From assembly GCA_963812155.1 (NCBI GenBank), contig CAWETW010000003.1, forward strand, positions 576,001-640,000: DNA of 64,000 nt, read 5' to 3'. Both the position numbers and the translations under genes were made by a program. The stretch comes from Vulcanimicrobiota bacterium. GTDB lineage: Bacteria > Vulcanimicrobiota > Vulcanimicrobiia > Vulcanimicrobiales > Vulcanimicrobiaceae. This document shows, piece by piece, positions 1 to 9,262 of this stretch. The notes beneath the pieces are model-generated. The model made no database searches and was not told the DNA's origin. It was given only the letters and a program-made list of their open reading frames with translations. The stretch's first letter is position 1. Every line of letters begins with the position of its first letter.

Positions 1-509
1 CCGAACTGGTCGGAGGCTCCGAGCAACGTACAGTAGCACGATGCCGGATTACCCTGGCACGAGCCGGTCGGCGGTTTGAGGATAAAGGCCAGCGCCGCGA
101 GCGACGGCTTCTTCGAATAGAGCGTCGTCAGCAGAATGTGAATGCGCGAACCGTCCGACGCCGAGGTGTATTGGCAGAAGGGTTGGCGACCCGCGAGCAC
201 CAGCGGATTGGAGCCATTGGTATCGTACTCCGGAATGCGCATGTAGACCGTACCGCCGGTCTTCGTGCAGTAGTTGGCGGCCGCGGTCTCGTCGGGCGAA
301 ACGGCGGTGGACGCGCTCGAGTCGAGACCCACGCTGCGCTGCGTAGTAGCGGCGACGTGGCGCAGGGCCGCCCCGAACGAACCGTGGACGGCGGCGGGAG
401 CCGCGCCGTTGGGGGCTGCCGATTGGGCGCCGCCGAGGCCGGAGGCCCCGGAGCAGCCTGAAACGATGATTGAAGCGGCAACAACGGCCGCCGCGAGCGA
501 CAACTTCAT
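1..509 (-). CDS. Secreted lipoprotein with DUF333-like Cys motifs (runs off window start)
   Basis: Not in the ORF track. Manual translation from ATG 509 (GAGGAG RBS): MKLSLAAAVVAASIIVSGC lipobox, then ANYCTKTGG...FCQY...GNPASCYCTLLG; open to position 1. Confidence 0.8.
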   Translation of the reverse strand, partial: MKLSLAAAVVAASIIVSGCSGASGLGGAQSAAPNGAAPAAVHGSFGAALRHVAATTQRSVGLDSSASTAVSPDETAAANYCTKTGGTVYMRIPEYDTNGSNPLVLAGRQPFCQYTSASDGSRIHILLTTLYSKKPSLAALAFILKPPTGSCQGNPASCYCTLLGASDQF

Positions 510-577
510 GAGCGAAACTCCTCAGAAAAGGAAATAGCCTTGAAAAAAAGGACTAGGACCGCATAGTACTCTGCGGA

Positions 578-2122
578 CTACGAGATTCCCTTCGCTCGCT
601 CTGGGCGCACCCGCGAGCGCAGTTCCTTTTGCGAGTGGACCCCGAGCGCGGCGTAGACGGCGCCCGCATGGTTGCGGATCGTGTTCAGGCTCCGGTTCAG
701 GTGCGCCGCGACCTCGCTCAGCGAAAACCCGTCGGCGAGCAGGTGGAACACCTGCCACTGCGCCGGCGTGAGCCGTACGCCGGGAACGACGTTGGTGAAG
801 CCGAGCCGTTCGGCCGCTTCGCGGTACTCCGCCGCCAGCCAGCTGCGCTCGTAACGGGCCAGTTTCTTACGCGCGTTTTCGAGATGGCGCTGATCGCCCG
901 AGACGCCGGCCAGTTCGAGCGCGGCCTTTCCGGCGCGCCAGTCGAAGCCGATTTCATCGTAGATTTCGTAACACTCTTCGAGCGCGCGAACGGCCTCGTT
1001 GAGTTTTCCTTGGGCCGCGCTCACGACGCCCTTCGTGCCGCTGACGAGCGCGCGATCCACGCGGTCGTGCCGGCGCGTATTGGCGGCCGACAATCGCTGA
1101 TGGAACATTTGAAAGCGCGCGACGTATTCGCTGGCTTTGGTGGGGTTGACGTGCGCGTACAGCTCGGCCAGACTGGCCAGCACGATCGAGGAGTCGTCGC
1201 GTTCGTCGCGCTGCGCTTCCCACGAGACGCGACGGCAGAGCTCGTCGGCTTGGCTCGTCTCCTGTTCCGCCCACAGCCGTTCGCGCAGTCCCCTCGCGAG
1301 GTGCGCGCGGTCGGCGTGATTGAGCGCGCGCAGCGCGTCGCGGACCGGAAACTCGACCGCGCGTTTGAGAAAACGGAACGCGCTGAACGAATCGCCGGCG
1401 AGCGCGTGCCACCAGCTCAACGCGCGGCAGATGAAGAAGTGCCAGACCGCGATGCCCTCGTGCCAGGGAACGCGCTCGAAGTGCTCCTCGACCATCGTTG
1501 CGAGCGTCGGCTCCCAAAACTCCACGACGATTTCGGCCAGCATGTGGAGGATGCTGCAGAGCGCCCACAGGTTCGGCGATTCGCGCGCGTGCAGTTCGAC
1601 GAGGGCTTGCACGAGCACGGGAATCTGCGCGCGGTAGTATTCGCGATGCCGCAGGAGCACGGCAGACATGGCGGCGCCCTGCGCGCGAATGTCGGGATTG
1701 GCGGCCGCCGCAATCGTAGGAAGGAGCGGTTCGATGCGGTCGATGCGGCTCTGAAGCATGAGCGAAACGCTGCGGTAGAGCGCGACTTTGGCGAGCAGAT
1801 CCGAGTCGCCGCCGCAATCGGCCGCGGCTCGCGCGAGATGTTCCTCGGCTTCTTCGTATTCGCCGATGCGGCTGAGCGCGTTGCCCCAAATGATTTCGGC
1901 TTCGGCGCGGAAATGCGCCCGTTCGCGTCCGTGCAGCATCGAGCCCGCGAGCGCCACCGCCGCGGCCGGGTCGCGCACGACGAGCAGCCGCGCCTTCAAC
2001 AGCAGTGCCTCGCCGCGCAACTCTTGCGGCGGAAGCTCGTCGAGCACGGCTTCGGCTTCTCGCCAGCGTGCCTGTTGCCACAAATCCTGTGCGGCGCGAA
2101 GTTGCGCCGGCGGCTTACTCAC
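578..2122 (-). CDS. TPR-like helical-repeat protein with C-terminal LuxR HTH (transcriptional regulator)
   Basis: C-term LTPAQWQVFHLLADGFSLSEVAAHLNRSLNTIRNHAGAVYAALGV; probable GTG start at 2122 (ORF track over-extends it). Confidence 0.85.
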   Translation of the reverse strand: MSKPPAQLRAAQDLWQQARWREAEAVLDELPPQELRGEALLLKARLLVVRDPAAAVALAGSMLHGRERAHFRAEAEIIWGNALSRIGEYEEAEEHLARAAADCGGDSDLLAKVALYRSVSLMLQSRIDRIEPLLPTIAAAANPDIRAQGAAMSAVLLRHREYYRAQIPVLVQALVELHARESPNLWALCSILHMLAEIVVEFWEPTLATMVEEHFERVPWHEGIAVWHFFICRALSWWHALAGDSFSAFRFLKRAVEFPVRDALRALNHADRAHLARGLRERLWAEQETSQADELCRRVSWEAQRDERDDSSIVLASLAELYAHVNPTKASEYVARFQMFHQRLSAANTRRHDRVDRALVSGTKGVVSAAQGKLNEAVRALEECYEIYDEIGFDWRAGKAALELAGVSGDQRHLENARKKLARYERSWLAAEYREAAERLGFTNVVPGVRLTPAQWQVFHLLADGFSLSEVAAHLNRSLNTIRNHAGAVYAALGVHSQKELRSRVRPERAKGIS

Positions 2123-2151
2123 GCGGCGAAATTTCGGCGCCGGGGCGTGCG

Positions 2152-3891
2152 TTACCCTGACGGCGACACGGCGACCGCGATGCCGTCGTCGTAGCGCTCG
2201 CGACCCCGGCACGCCCGCGCCGCGCGCAACCGGTCCGCATTGAAAGCGTCGGGGCGGTCGTCTTCGGCGATGGCAAGCATCAGCACGCGCTCTCGCTCTG
2301 CCGTGAGGCAGGGCGTGGCGTCGGGAAGGTCGATCGCGCGTGCCGCCGGGTCGAGCACGTTGACGATGCCGGCACGCAATCCCCAGCCGCCCACTGCGGG
2401 CGGCCGCGAACGCGCGATCCAAGCGTAGACGCCGGTGGTGCGCCCGTTTACGCGCAGGCCCTCGGCGTAGTATGCAACGGGATCGCGCGTCGCCAAGATC
2501 GTCGCCACGATCGCGGCGGCAGCAAATCCGGCCGGAAGCAGCCAGCGTAAGAATTTCAATCTCGCGAGCGCCGTGTTGGCCGCCGCAATGGCGGCGATCG
2601 CGAACGCAACGTGCGTGCCGCCGTCGTTCCAATAGGTCGCCATGACTTGGCCCGCGCCGTACGCCGTGCAGAGCAGCAGCAAGGCGACCGCGGCGTACGG
2701 CCAGCGCGCGGCGACGCGCGCGAGCAACAGGGCGCCGAGGACGAGCGCGGGCGCCGCGTAGCGCAGCGACGCGCCGGTTGCGAGTTGCGGATGACGGTCG
2801 GCGTAGGCCAGCGGCATCACGAGAAACCAGAGGAACGCGCACAAGGCTGCGACGCCGAGTTTGCGCCGCTCCTCCCCCGCGAGCAACGGTCCGAACACTG
2901 CGGCCAGGAGTGCCGGTAACACAAACGGCGACGCGGCGGCCGCCACGCGCGCGAGCAGCCACAGCGCGGGTATGCCGTGCGCGATAATCAGCGTATCGGG
3001 CTTATTACCCGTCGACGAACCGGCGGGCGCTACGATCGACGCGTGCCACAATATTGCGTCGTGGGCAATCCATACCCCGATCGCCGCCGCCGCCGCGATC
3101 CACACGCGCAACGGCGCGCGCGACGCGGCCGCGGCGACCGCGGCGAAGATCCATCCATACGGTTTCAGCAATGCGGTGAAGGCAACGGTCCGTGCCGCCG
3201 CGCCCGTTTGGCGCTGCAGCACCCACAGCGATTCGAGAAAGAAGGCGGCAAGCCACACGTCGTTCTGCAGCGAACCGGCTTGCAGCGCAAGCGGCGTCAT
3301 CGTGACGGTTGCAGCCGCCAGCGCGTCGGCGAGCCACGTGGGCAAACCAAACTCGGCGCTCGCCCAATCGGCGACGCGAAATCCGATCAGCGCAAGTGCG
3401 CCGAAGCCGCTCCATCCAAGCCCGAACGGACCGGAAACCGCGAAGAGTCCCGAAGCGAAAATCTCCGAGCCGGGCGGATACCACCAGTAGCGCGGATCGG
3501 TCGTCCACAATCCGTGCGCGTGCACCCACGCAGCGGCATTGGGGAGGTGGTACGACAGCGTGTCGCCGTCGAGAAGGGGACGCATCAACGGCGGCCACGC
3601 TACCAGTGCGAGCGCCGCGATCAATACGTAGGGAGGCCGCGAGCGCTGCGCGGATCCCTCGGCTGCCGGCGACGCGCGCCGGTACGCGATCGCGACGCAC
3701 ATCGCGAGTACGATCCAACATGCGGCTGGATAGAGCAGATCGACGATCCCCAGCGCGAACGGAATCGCAGCGCCGAGGATCAGCGCGTCGCGCAGCCGAT
3801 CGGCGAACGCGTAGCGTGCGCCGTGTCGTAACGCAGGCGCCGCGGCGAGGAGCCCGAGCAGCCAGAGCGCCGAGAGAAAGCCGGCGATCAA
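2152..3891 (-). CDS. Polytopic membrane protein, GT-C/PMT glycosyltransferase-like
   Basis: Many hydrophobic segments; D-TLSYHLP...WWYPP and QNDVW motifs; TTG start inferred just after the argS stop. Confidence 0.6.
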   Translation of the reverse strand: MIAGFLSALWLLGLLAAAPALRHGARYAFADRLRDALILGAAIPFALGIVDLLYPAACWIVLAMCVAIAYRRASPAAEGSAQRSRPPYVLIAALALVAWPPLMRPLLDGDTLSYHLPNAAAWVHAHGLWTTDPRYWWYPPGSEIFASGLFAVSGPFGLGWSGFGALALIGFRVADWASAEFGLPTWLADALAAATVTMTPLALQAGSLQNDVWLAAFFLESLWVLQRQTGAAARTVAFTALLKPYGWIFAAVAAAASRAPLRVWIAAAAAIGVWIAHDAILWHASIVAPAGSSTGNKPDTLIIAHGIPALWLLARVAAAASPFVLPALLAAVFGPLLAGEERRKLGVAALCAFLWFLVMPLAYADRHPQLATGASLRYAAPALVLGALLLARVAARWPYAAVALLLLCTAYGAGQVMATYWNDGGTHVAFAIAAIAAANTALARLKFLRWLLPAGFAAAAIVATILATRDPVAYYAEGLRVNGRTTGVYAWIARSRPPAVGGWGLRAGIVNVLDPAARAIDLPDATPCLTAERERVLMLAIAEDDRPDAFNADRLRAARACRGRERYDDGIAVAVSPSG

Positions 3892-3904
3892 CCCGACGGC
3901 CCGT

Positions 3905-5596
3905 TTACATCGAATCGGGCGCGCTAACGCCCAAAATGCCGAGCGCCGCGGCCAGCACGTTTTTCGTGGCGATGCAGAGCGCCAGGCGCGCTTCACGCGT
4001 TCGCGGATCGTCGGTGAGAATCTTACACTCGGTGTAGAACGCGTGAAAATCGGATGCAACGTCGCGCGCGTAGCGTGCCAGCCGGTGCGGCGCGAGCTGT
4101 TTCGCGACGTTTTCGACGACGCGCGGAAACTCGACGAGGCGGCGTATCAGTGCGATTTCCGCCGGATGCACGAGCGTGCGCAGCGCTTCTTCGGACGGCG
4201 CGGCGGCCGCGTCGCCCGCGTTGCGCAAGACCGAAGCGATGCGCGCGTGGCCGTACTGCACGTAGTAAACCGGGTTCTCGTCGTTGCGCGCCACCGCCAG
4301 CGCCAAGTCGAACGTCAACGGCGACTCGGGCGCGAGCATCACGAAGAAGAAGCGGGCGGCGTCGTTACCGACCTCGTCGAGAATGCCGTCGAGCGTTTCG
4401 ATGTTCCCGGCGCGTTTGCTCATGCTGACTTGGTCGTCGCCGCGCATCAGCGTGATTTGCCCGGAGATCAGCACGTCGAGCTTGCCCGGAAAACCCAAGC
4501 CCGCCGCCAGCGCCTGCAGCCGCGACACGTAGCCGTGATGGTCGGGCCCGAGAATATCGACGACGCGATCGGCGCGTTGGAGTTTCTGGTGGTGGTACGT
4601 GACGTCGAGCGCGTAGTACGTGGGGCGGCCGTCGCCACGCAGCACGACGCGGTCTTTATCGTCGCCGAACTGCGTCGTGCGGAAGAAGAGCGCTCCGTCG
4701 CTTTCATAGGTCAGGCCGAGCTCGCGCGCGCGCTCGACGCCTTCGGCGATCTTTCCGGTGTCGTGCAGTTCCTTTTCGCTTTGCCAGAGATCGTAGTGAA
4801 CGCCGAAGCGCGCGGCAGTCTGCTGCTGCTCGCGCACGATTTCGTCGCGGCCGTAGGTTTGGAAGTGCGGGATCCATTCCGCTTCCGGCGCATTCGCCCA
4901 GTGCGGACCGTCGCGGTCGTACAGGGCGCGCGCGATCGGCAGCAGATATTCGCCGGGATACCCGTCGTCGGGGAACGGAAACGCCGGGTCGTCGATCTGG
5001 CGATAGCGCGCGTAGAGTGAACGGGCCAAGCGCTCCATCTGGGCGCCGGCGTCGTTGACGATCCATTCCGTGAAGACGTCGTATCCGCAGAAGCGCATCG
5101 CGTTGGCGAGCGCGTCGCCGATCGATAGCGCGCGACCCTGCACGACGACCAGCGGCCCGGTCGGATTCGCACTTCCGAATTCGAGCGACACGCGTTCTCC
5201 GTTGCGTGGGAGTATGCCGAAGCGCTCACCGTTGCGAACCATATCGGCAAGTTCGTTTTGCCAGAGGGCCGGGGCAAGGCGAAGATTGATGAAGCCGCCC
5301 TCTGCTCGAATCTCGCTAAATTGTTCCGTGAGTCGCGGCTCGCGGGTGATGGAATCGTTTATCAGGTCGGTGGCAATCTGCTGTGGTGAGCGACGCGCAA
5401 TCTTCGCAAGCGAAAAGGCCAGATTCGTCGCCCTGTCTCCAAACTCGGCTCGCCTCGGTAACTCAAATTTAATAGAATCGGCGCCGATTTCGGCGCCGTA
5501 CAACGCCGTGGCCGATGCGGCCATTGCCGTCGCGGCACGCGATAGCGCATCGGTAAAGCTGCCGGCTGTTGGCGGCTCGGCGTGGTTGCGCTGCAT
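3905..5596 (-). CDS. argS: Arginine--tRNA ligase
   Basis: EFGSANPTGP, DKDRV, GPDHHGY, MSKRAG, NPVYYVQYGHARIASV, LGVSAPDSM. Confidence 0.97.
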   Translation of the reverse strand: MQRNHAEPPTAGSFTDALSRAATAMAASATALYGAEIGADSIKFELPRRAEFGDRATNLAFSLAKIARRSPQQIATDLINDSITREPRLTEQFSEIRAEGGFINLRLAPALWQNELADMVRNGERFGILPRNGERVSLEFGSANPTGPLVVVQGRALSIGDALANAMRFCGYDVFTEWIVNDAGAQMERLARSLYARYRQIDDPAFPFPDDGYPGEYLLPIARALYDRDGPHWANAPEAEWIPHFQTYGRDEIVREQQQTAARFGVHYDLWQSEKELHDTGKIAEGVERARELGLTYESDGALFFRTTQFGDDKDRVVLRGDGRPTYYALDVTYHHQKLQRADRVVDILGPDHHGYVSRLQALAAGLGFPGKLDVLISGQITLMRGDDQVSMSKRAGNIETLDGILDEVGNDAARFFFVMLAPESPLTFDLALAVARNDENPVYYVQYGHARIASVLRNAGDAAAAPSEEALRTLVHPAEIALIRRLVEFPRVVENVAKQLAPHRLARYARDVASDFHAFYTECKILTDDPRTREARLALCIATKNVLAAALGILGVSAPDSM

Positions 5597-5680
5597 GTGT
5601 GCTAGCGCGATACCGCTAGTTTGGGGCGCCCTAGGGGCCCCACGAAGTGGGGGGCACGGAGCCTGGGGCGAAGCGCCTTA

Positions 5681-6142
5681 TTACTTGTGATAGGGCTCAT
5701 TGCGCGCGATCTTCGCCGCGCGATAGAGTTGTTCCAGCACGAGCGCGCGCGCCCACTCGTGGAGGAACGTCAGCTGCGAAAGCGACCATTGAAACTCGGC
5801 GCGCACCTTCAACGTCGGATCGGCGCCGTGCGCGCCCGCGATCACGAGGGTCAACCGGCGCGCTCCGGTGCTTCGAACGGTGTCGAGACGGCGCGCGAGT
5901 TCCTCGCTGGTTAACTCGGTGCCGCCGCGTTCGAGCAGCCACATGCGATCGTCTTCGCGTACGTGACGCATGATGCGCGCCGCTTCGTCGCGCATCGCGG
6001 CTCGCGGATCCTTGCCGTCGCCCGCGCGCACTTCGATTTCTTCGTACGAATGATAGGGAGCCAGCCGCTTGCGGAGGTCGTCGCAGAGCGCGGCGACGTG
6101 CGGGGAGCGCAGCCGGTCGACTGCAATCAGCCGAACGATCAC
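5681..6142 (-). CDS. rlmH: 23S rRNA pseudouridine-1915 N3-methyltransferase
   Basis: SLSQLTFLHEWARALVLEQLYRAAKIARNEPYHK. Confidence 0.95.
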   Translation of the reverse strand: MIVRLIAVDRLRSPHVAALCDDLRKRLAPYHSYEEIEVRAGDGKDPRAAMRDEAARIMRHVREDDRMWLLERGGTELTSEELARRLDTVRSTGARRLTLVIAGAHGADPTLKVRAEFQWSLSQLTFLHEWARALVLEQLYRAAKIARNEPYHK

Positions 6143-7008
6143 GCGCGACGCTCGACGACGGCAAACGTGCAGGGCGTTCGGGTTTCGATCGCGCCTTCGA
6201 GCTCCAGCACCGCGAGTTCGGCGAGCACCTGCGCCGGCGGAAGTTGAGTGGCCGCGACGAGATCGTCCAACGTTCCGGCGGCGTTTCGGAGCGCTGCGAG
6301 CACCGGACCGTCCGGCTCGTGCTTCGACGGCGTCGCCGGCGGCCGTAGCGGCAGGGCCATTTGCCCGATTGCCTCGAGCACGTCGCCGGCATGGCGCGCA
6401 AGCACCGCACCGTCGCGGATCAGTGCGAGGCAGCCCTGGACGTGGCGGCGGTCGACGTCGCCCGGCATGGCAAGGACCGGCACGCGTCCGGCGGCCCAGC
6501 CGGCCGTGTTGAGGGCGCCGCTGCGCGCCGGCGCCTCGACCACGACGACGGCGTCGGCGAGGGCGGCAACGATGCCGTTGCGCGCGAGAAACTGGCCCGG
6601 ACGCGCTTCCTGCTCGGGGGGATACGGCGACAGCACCGCACCGCCGGCCGCGACGATTCGCTCGGCCAAGCCGCGATTGCGCGACGGAAAAAACTGCCGG
6701 TGCCCCGCGCCGAGCACGCCGATCGTCGGGGCGCTTGCATCGAGAGCGCCTTCGTGCGCGGCGGCGTCGATTCCGAGGGCGAGTCCCGAGACGATGCTGC
6801 AGCCGGCCCTTCCCAGATCGGCGGCGAGCTCCCGGGCGAGACGCTTACCCAGCGGGGTAGCGGCGCGCGTGCCGACGACGGCGACGCAGGGTGCGGCGAG
6901 GCCGCGGAGGCTGCCCGCGCACCACAAGCCTGCGGCGGCCGCGTCGAAGGGCCGTTCGCCTCGGGCGGCACGGATCGCCGCCGCCGGCTCGAACACGGGA
7001 TCGTCCAT
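6139..7008 (-). CDS. dprA: DNA-processing protein DprA (short N-terminus)
   Basis: VAVVGTR, IVSGLALGIDAAAH, FLARNGIVAAL, VVVEAPARSGALNTA, C-terminal winged helix; ATG 7008 with GGAGGG RBS. Confidence 0.93.
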   Translation of the reverse strand: MDDPVFEPAAAIRAARGERPFDAAAAGLWCAGSLRGLAAPCVAVVGTRAATPLGKRLARELAADLGRAGCSIVSGLALGIDAAAHEGALDASAPTIGVLGAGHRQFFPSRNRGLAERIVAAGGAVLSPYPPEQEARPGQFLARNGIVAALADAVVVVEAPARSGALNTAGWAAGRVPVLAMPGDVDRRHVQGCLALIRDGAVLARHAGDVLEAIGQMALPLRPPATPSKHEPDGPVLAALRNAAGTLDDLVAATQLPPAQVLAELAVLELEGAIETRTPCTFAVVERRA

Positions 7009-7084
7009 CGCCCTCCCTTCACGCGCCGCCGGGGGGAATCGCGGGAGGCCACGGGAATAGGCAGCCCGCACGGAGGTACCCGAG

Positions 7085-7234
7085 GTGGCAGCAGAAGCGT
7101 ATTGCGTTAAGTGCAAGGCGAAGCGAGAGATCCAAGACGCCGTTCAAACGACTATGAAGAACGGCCGACCCGCAACCGTCGGTAAATGTGGCGTATGCGG
7201 GACCAAAATGTTCAAAATCGGCGCGGCCGGCTAG
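7085..7234 (+). CDS. 49-aa zinc-ribbon protein, DUF5679-like
   Basis: GTG start with GGAGG RBS; MAAEAYCVKCKAKREIQDAVQTTMKNGRPATVGKCGVCGTKMFKIGAAG; followed by a terminator. Confidence 0.9.
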   Translation: MAAEAYCVKCKAKREIQDAVQTTMKNGRPATVGKCGVCGTKMFKIGAAG

Positions 7235-7259
7235 TTTCCCTCGGCCGATCCGTTCGGAC

Positions 7260-7282
7260 GGACCGCTCACGCGGTCCTTTTT
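7260..7282 (+). terminator. Intrinsic terminator
   Basis: GGACCGC-TCAC-GCGGTCC followed by TTTTT. Confidence 0.85.
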
Positions 7283-7307
7283 GGTTTCCCAGGCAGCGAT
7301 AGTAACG

Positions 7308-7337
7308 TATAATACCAGGACCCACTACATATTGGGT
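7308..7337 (+). promoter_or_regulatory. -10 box (TATAAT, 7308-7313) and NrdR box (7322-7337)
   Basis: CCACTACATATTGGGT fits the NrdR consensus acaCwAtATaTwGtgt; lies just upstream of nrdR-dut. Confidence 0.75.
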
Positions 7338-7362
7338 ACCGCCGCCCTTTGGGAGACCGCCC

Positions 7363-7815
7363 CTGACCTGTCCGACCTGCCGCAAGAGCGAAACGCGCGT
7401 CGTCGACTCGCGCGACGACGAGACCGTCGTTCGCCGGCGGCGCGAGTGTTTGGATCCCCGCTGCAAGCATCGCTTTACCACCTACGAGCGGATGGAAGCG
7501 CCGCGTCTCTTCGTCGTCAAGAAAGACGGCCGGCGCGAGCAGTACAACCGCGAGAAGTTAATCGGCGGGCTGCGTAAGGCGTGCGAGAAGCGGCCGATTT
7601 CCGAAAGTCAGATGGAAGCGGCCGCCGCCGACCTCGAGCGCGAACTCTTCGCGCGCGGCGAGAGCGAAGTGTCGTCGTCGCTGGTCGGCGAGAAGCTTAT
7701 GGAGTCGCTCAAGCAACTCGACCCGGTGGCCTATATCCGCTTCGCGAGCGTCTACCGGTCGTTTCGCGACGTCGAGAGTTTCCGAGAAGAGTTGGCGGCG
7801 CTGCTTGCCAAGTGA
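7363..7815 (+). CDS. nrdR: Transcriptional repressor NrdR (CTG start)
   Basis: TCPTC...RVVDSR...RRRRECLDPRCKHRFTTYE plus ATP cone (VAYIRFASVY); GGGAGA RBS 6 nt before CTG; in-frame stop at 7303 with no ATG/GTG/TTG between it and the first CxxC. Confidence 0.93.
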   Translation: MTCPTCRKSETRVVDSRDDETVVRRRRECLDPRCKHRFTTYERMEAPRLFVVKKDGRREQYNREKLIGGLRKACEKRPISESQMEAAAADLERELFARGESEVSSSLVGEKLMESLKQLDPVAYIRFASVYRSFRDVESFREELAALLAK

Positions 7816-7821
7816 ACCGCG

Positions 7822-8271
7822 ATGTCCGCCGTCCGCGTCGCATTCAAACGTCTTCCTGAAGGCGACGGCCTCCCCACGCCCGCGTACATGAGCGAACACG
7901 CCGCGGGCGCCGATCTCTTCGCGGCCGTCGCCGGCGACGTTACGCTGCCGCCGGGCGGTCGCGCGCTCGTTCCGACCGGGTTCTCGATCGCGTTACCGAT
8001 CGGGTACGAAGCGCAAGTGCGCCCGCGCAGCGGGTTGGCGATGCGCAGCGGCGTGACGTGCTTGAATTCGCCGGGGACGATTGACGCGGATTACCGCGGA
8101 CAGGTTTGCGTGTTGCTGGCAAACTTCGGGTCGGAGCCGTTCGTCGTGCGGCGCGGCGACCGCATCGCGCAAATCGTCGTCGCGCCGGTATCGCGCGCTG
8201 CGTTCGAGCCGGTCGACGAACTGCCGCCGTCGCGACGCGGCACCAACGGTTTCGGTTCGACCGACGCGTGA
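7822..8271 (+). CDS. dut: dUTP diphosphatase
   Basis: [38 protein letters not shown]. Confidence 0.97.
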   Translation: MSAVRVAFKRLPEGDGLPTPAYMSEHAAGADLFAAVAGDVTLPPGGRALVPTGFSIALPIGYEAQVRPRSGLAMRSGVTCLNSPGTIDADYRGQVCVLLANFGSEPFVVRRGDRIAQIVVAPVSRAAFEPVDELPPSRRGTNGFGSTDA

Positions 8272-9251
8272 AAATCTACATCGTCGGCAAAGGTGCGGTC
8301 GGCAATTACTTCGGAGAACTCCTGGGTTCGCTCGGGTTGGAAGTGACCTACGCTCCGCGCCGGCTGTCCGACGTGCAGCCAGGTTACGACGCCGACGTCG
8401 CGCTCGTGACGACCAAAGCGTACGATACCGATTCGGCGATCGAAACGCTGCGCCGCGCGATCGCGCATCCCGAAAAGTGCGTCTTCGTCTCACCGCAAAA
8501 CGGCGTCGGCAACGAGGAAAAGCTCGCGGCGGCATTCGGCGCCGACAACGTCGTCGCGGCGGCGCTCACGACGCCCGTCGGGCGCGATCGCGACGGTAAC
8601 GTGCGGCTTGCGAAAGAAGGCGGGTTGGCGCTCGCTCCGATGGGCTCCAATGCCTACAACTGGCTGGTCGCGACGTTTGCCGGCACCGGACTCAACGTGA
8701 AGGTGGTCGAGGATTGGCGGGCGCTCAAGTGGAGTAAGCTCGCGCTCAACGTCGTCGCCAATGCGAGCTGCGCGATCTTGAACGTGCTGCCGAACCGCCT
8801 GGTGCATTTCGAGAAGGTCTTTACGCTCGAGATCCGCATGATTCGCGAAGTGCGCGCGGTGATGCAGGCGATGAAGATTGCTCCGGTCGATTTGCCGCGC
8901 TACCCCGTGCGCGCGCTCTTCAACGTCGCGGTCTTGCCCAGCCCGGTCGCGCGCGGGCTGCTGACGCGAAGCATCGCCGGAGCGCGCGGAACCAAGGCGC
9001 CGTCCCTGCTGATCGATCTGCGCAACGGCGAGCCGCAAACGGAGGTGGACGTGCTCAACGGCGCGGTTGCCGCGGCCGGTCACGAACACGGCCTTCCGAC
9101 GCCCGTCAACGCCATCTACTGCCGCGTGCTCGACGACATCGCGCACACGCCCCCGTTGTGGGCGAAGTATCGCGAGCATCCCGAGCGTTTAGAAGCCGAA
9201 GTGGTCGCTGAGATGAAACGCGTGAAGACGCTCGCGCGCGCGAAGGCGTAG
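8268..9251 (+). CDS. panE: Ketopantoate reductase (PanE/ApbA family)
   Basis: [30 protein letters not shown]...[12 protein letters not shown] overlap with dut. Confidence 0.8.
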   Translation: MKIYIVGKGAVGNYFGELLGSLGLEVTYAPRRLSDVQPGYDADVALVTTKAYDTDSAIETLRRAIAHPEKCVFVSPQNGVGNEEKLAAAFGADNVVAAALTTPVGRDRDGNVRLAKEGGLALAPMGSNAYNWLVATFAGTGLNVKVVEDWRALKWSKLALNVVANASCAILNVLPNRLVHFEKVFTLEIRMIREVRAVMQAMKIAPVDLPRYPVRALFNVAVLPSPVARGLLTRSIAGARGTKAPSLLIDLRNGEPQTEVDVLNGAVAAAGHEHGLPTPVNAIYCRVLDDIAHTPPLWAKYREHPERLEAEVVAEMKRVKTLARAKA

Positions 9252-9262
9252 CTTCGACCGTC

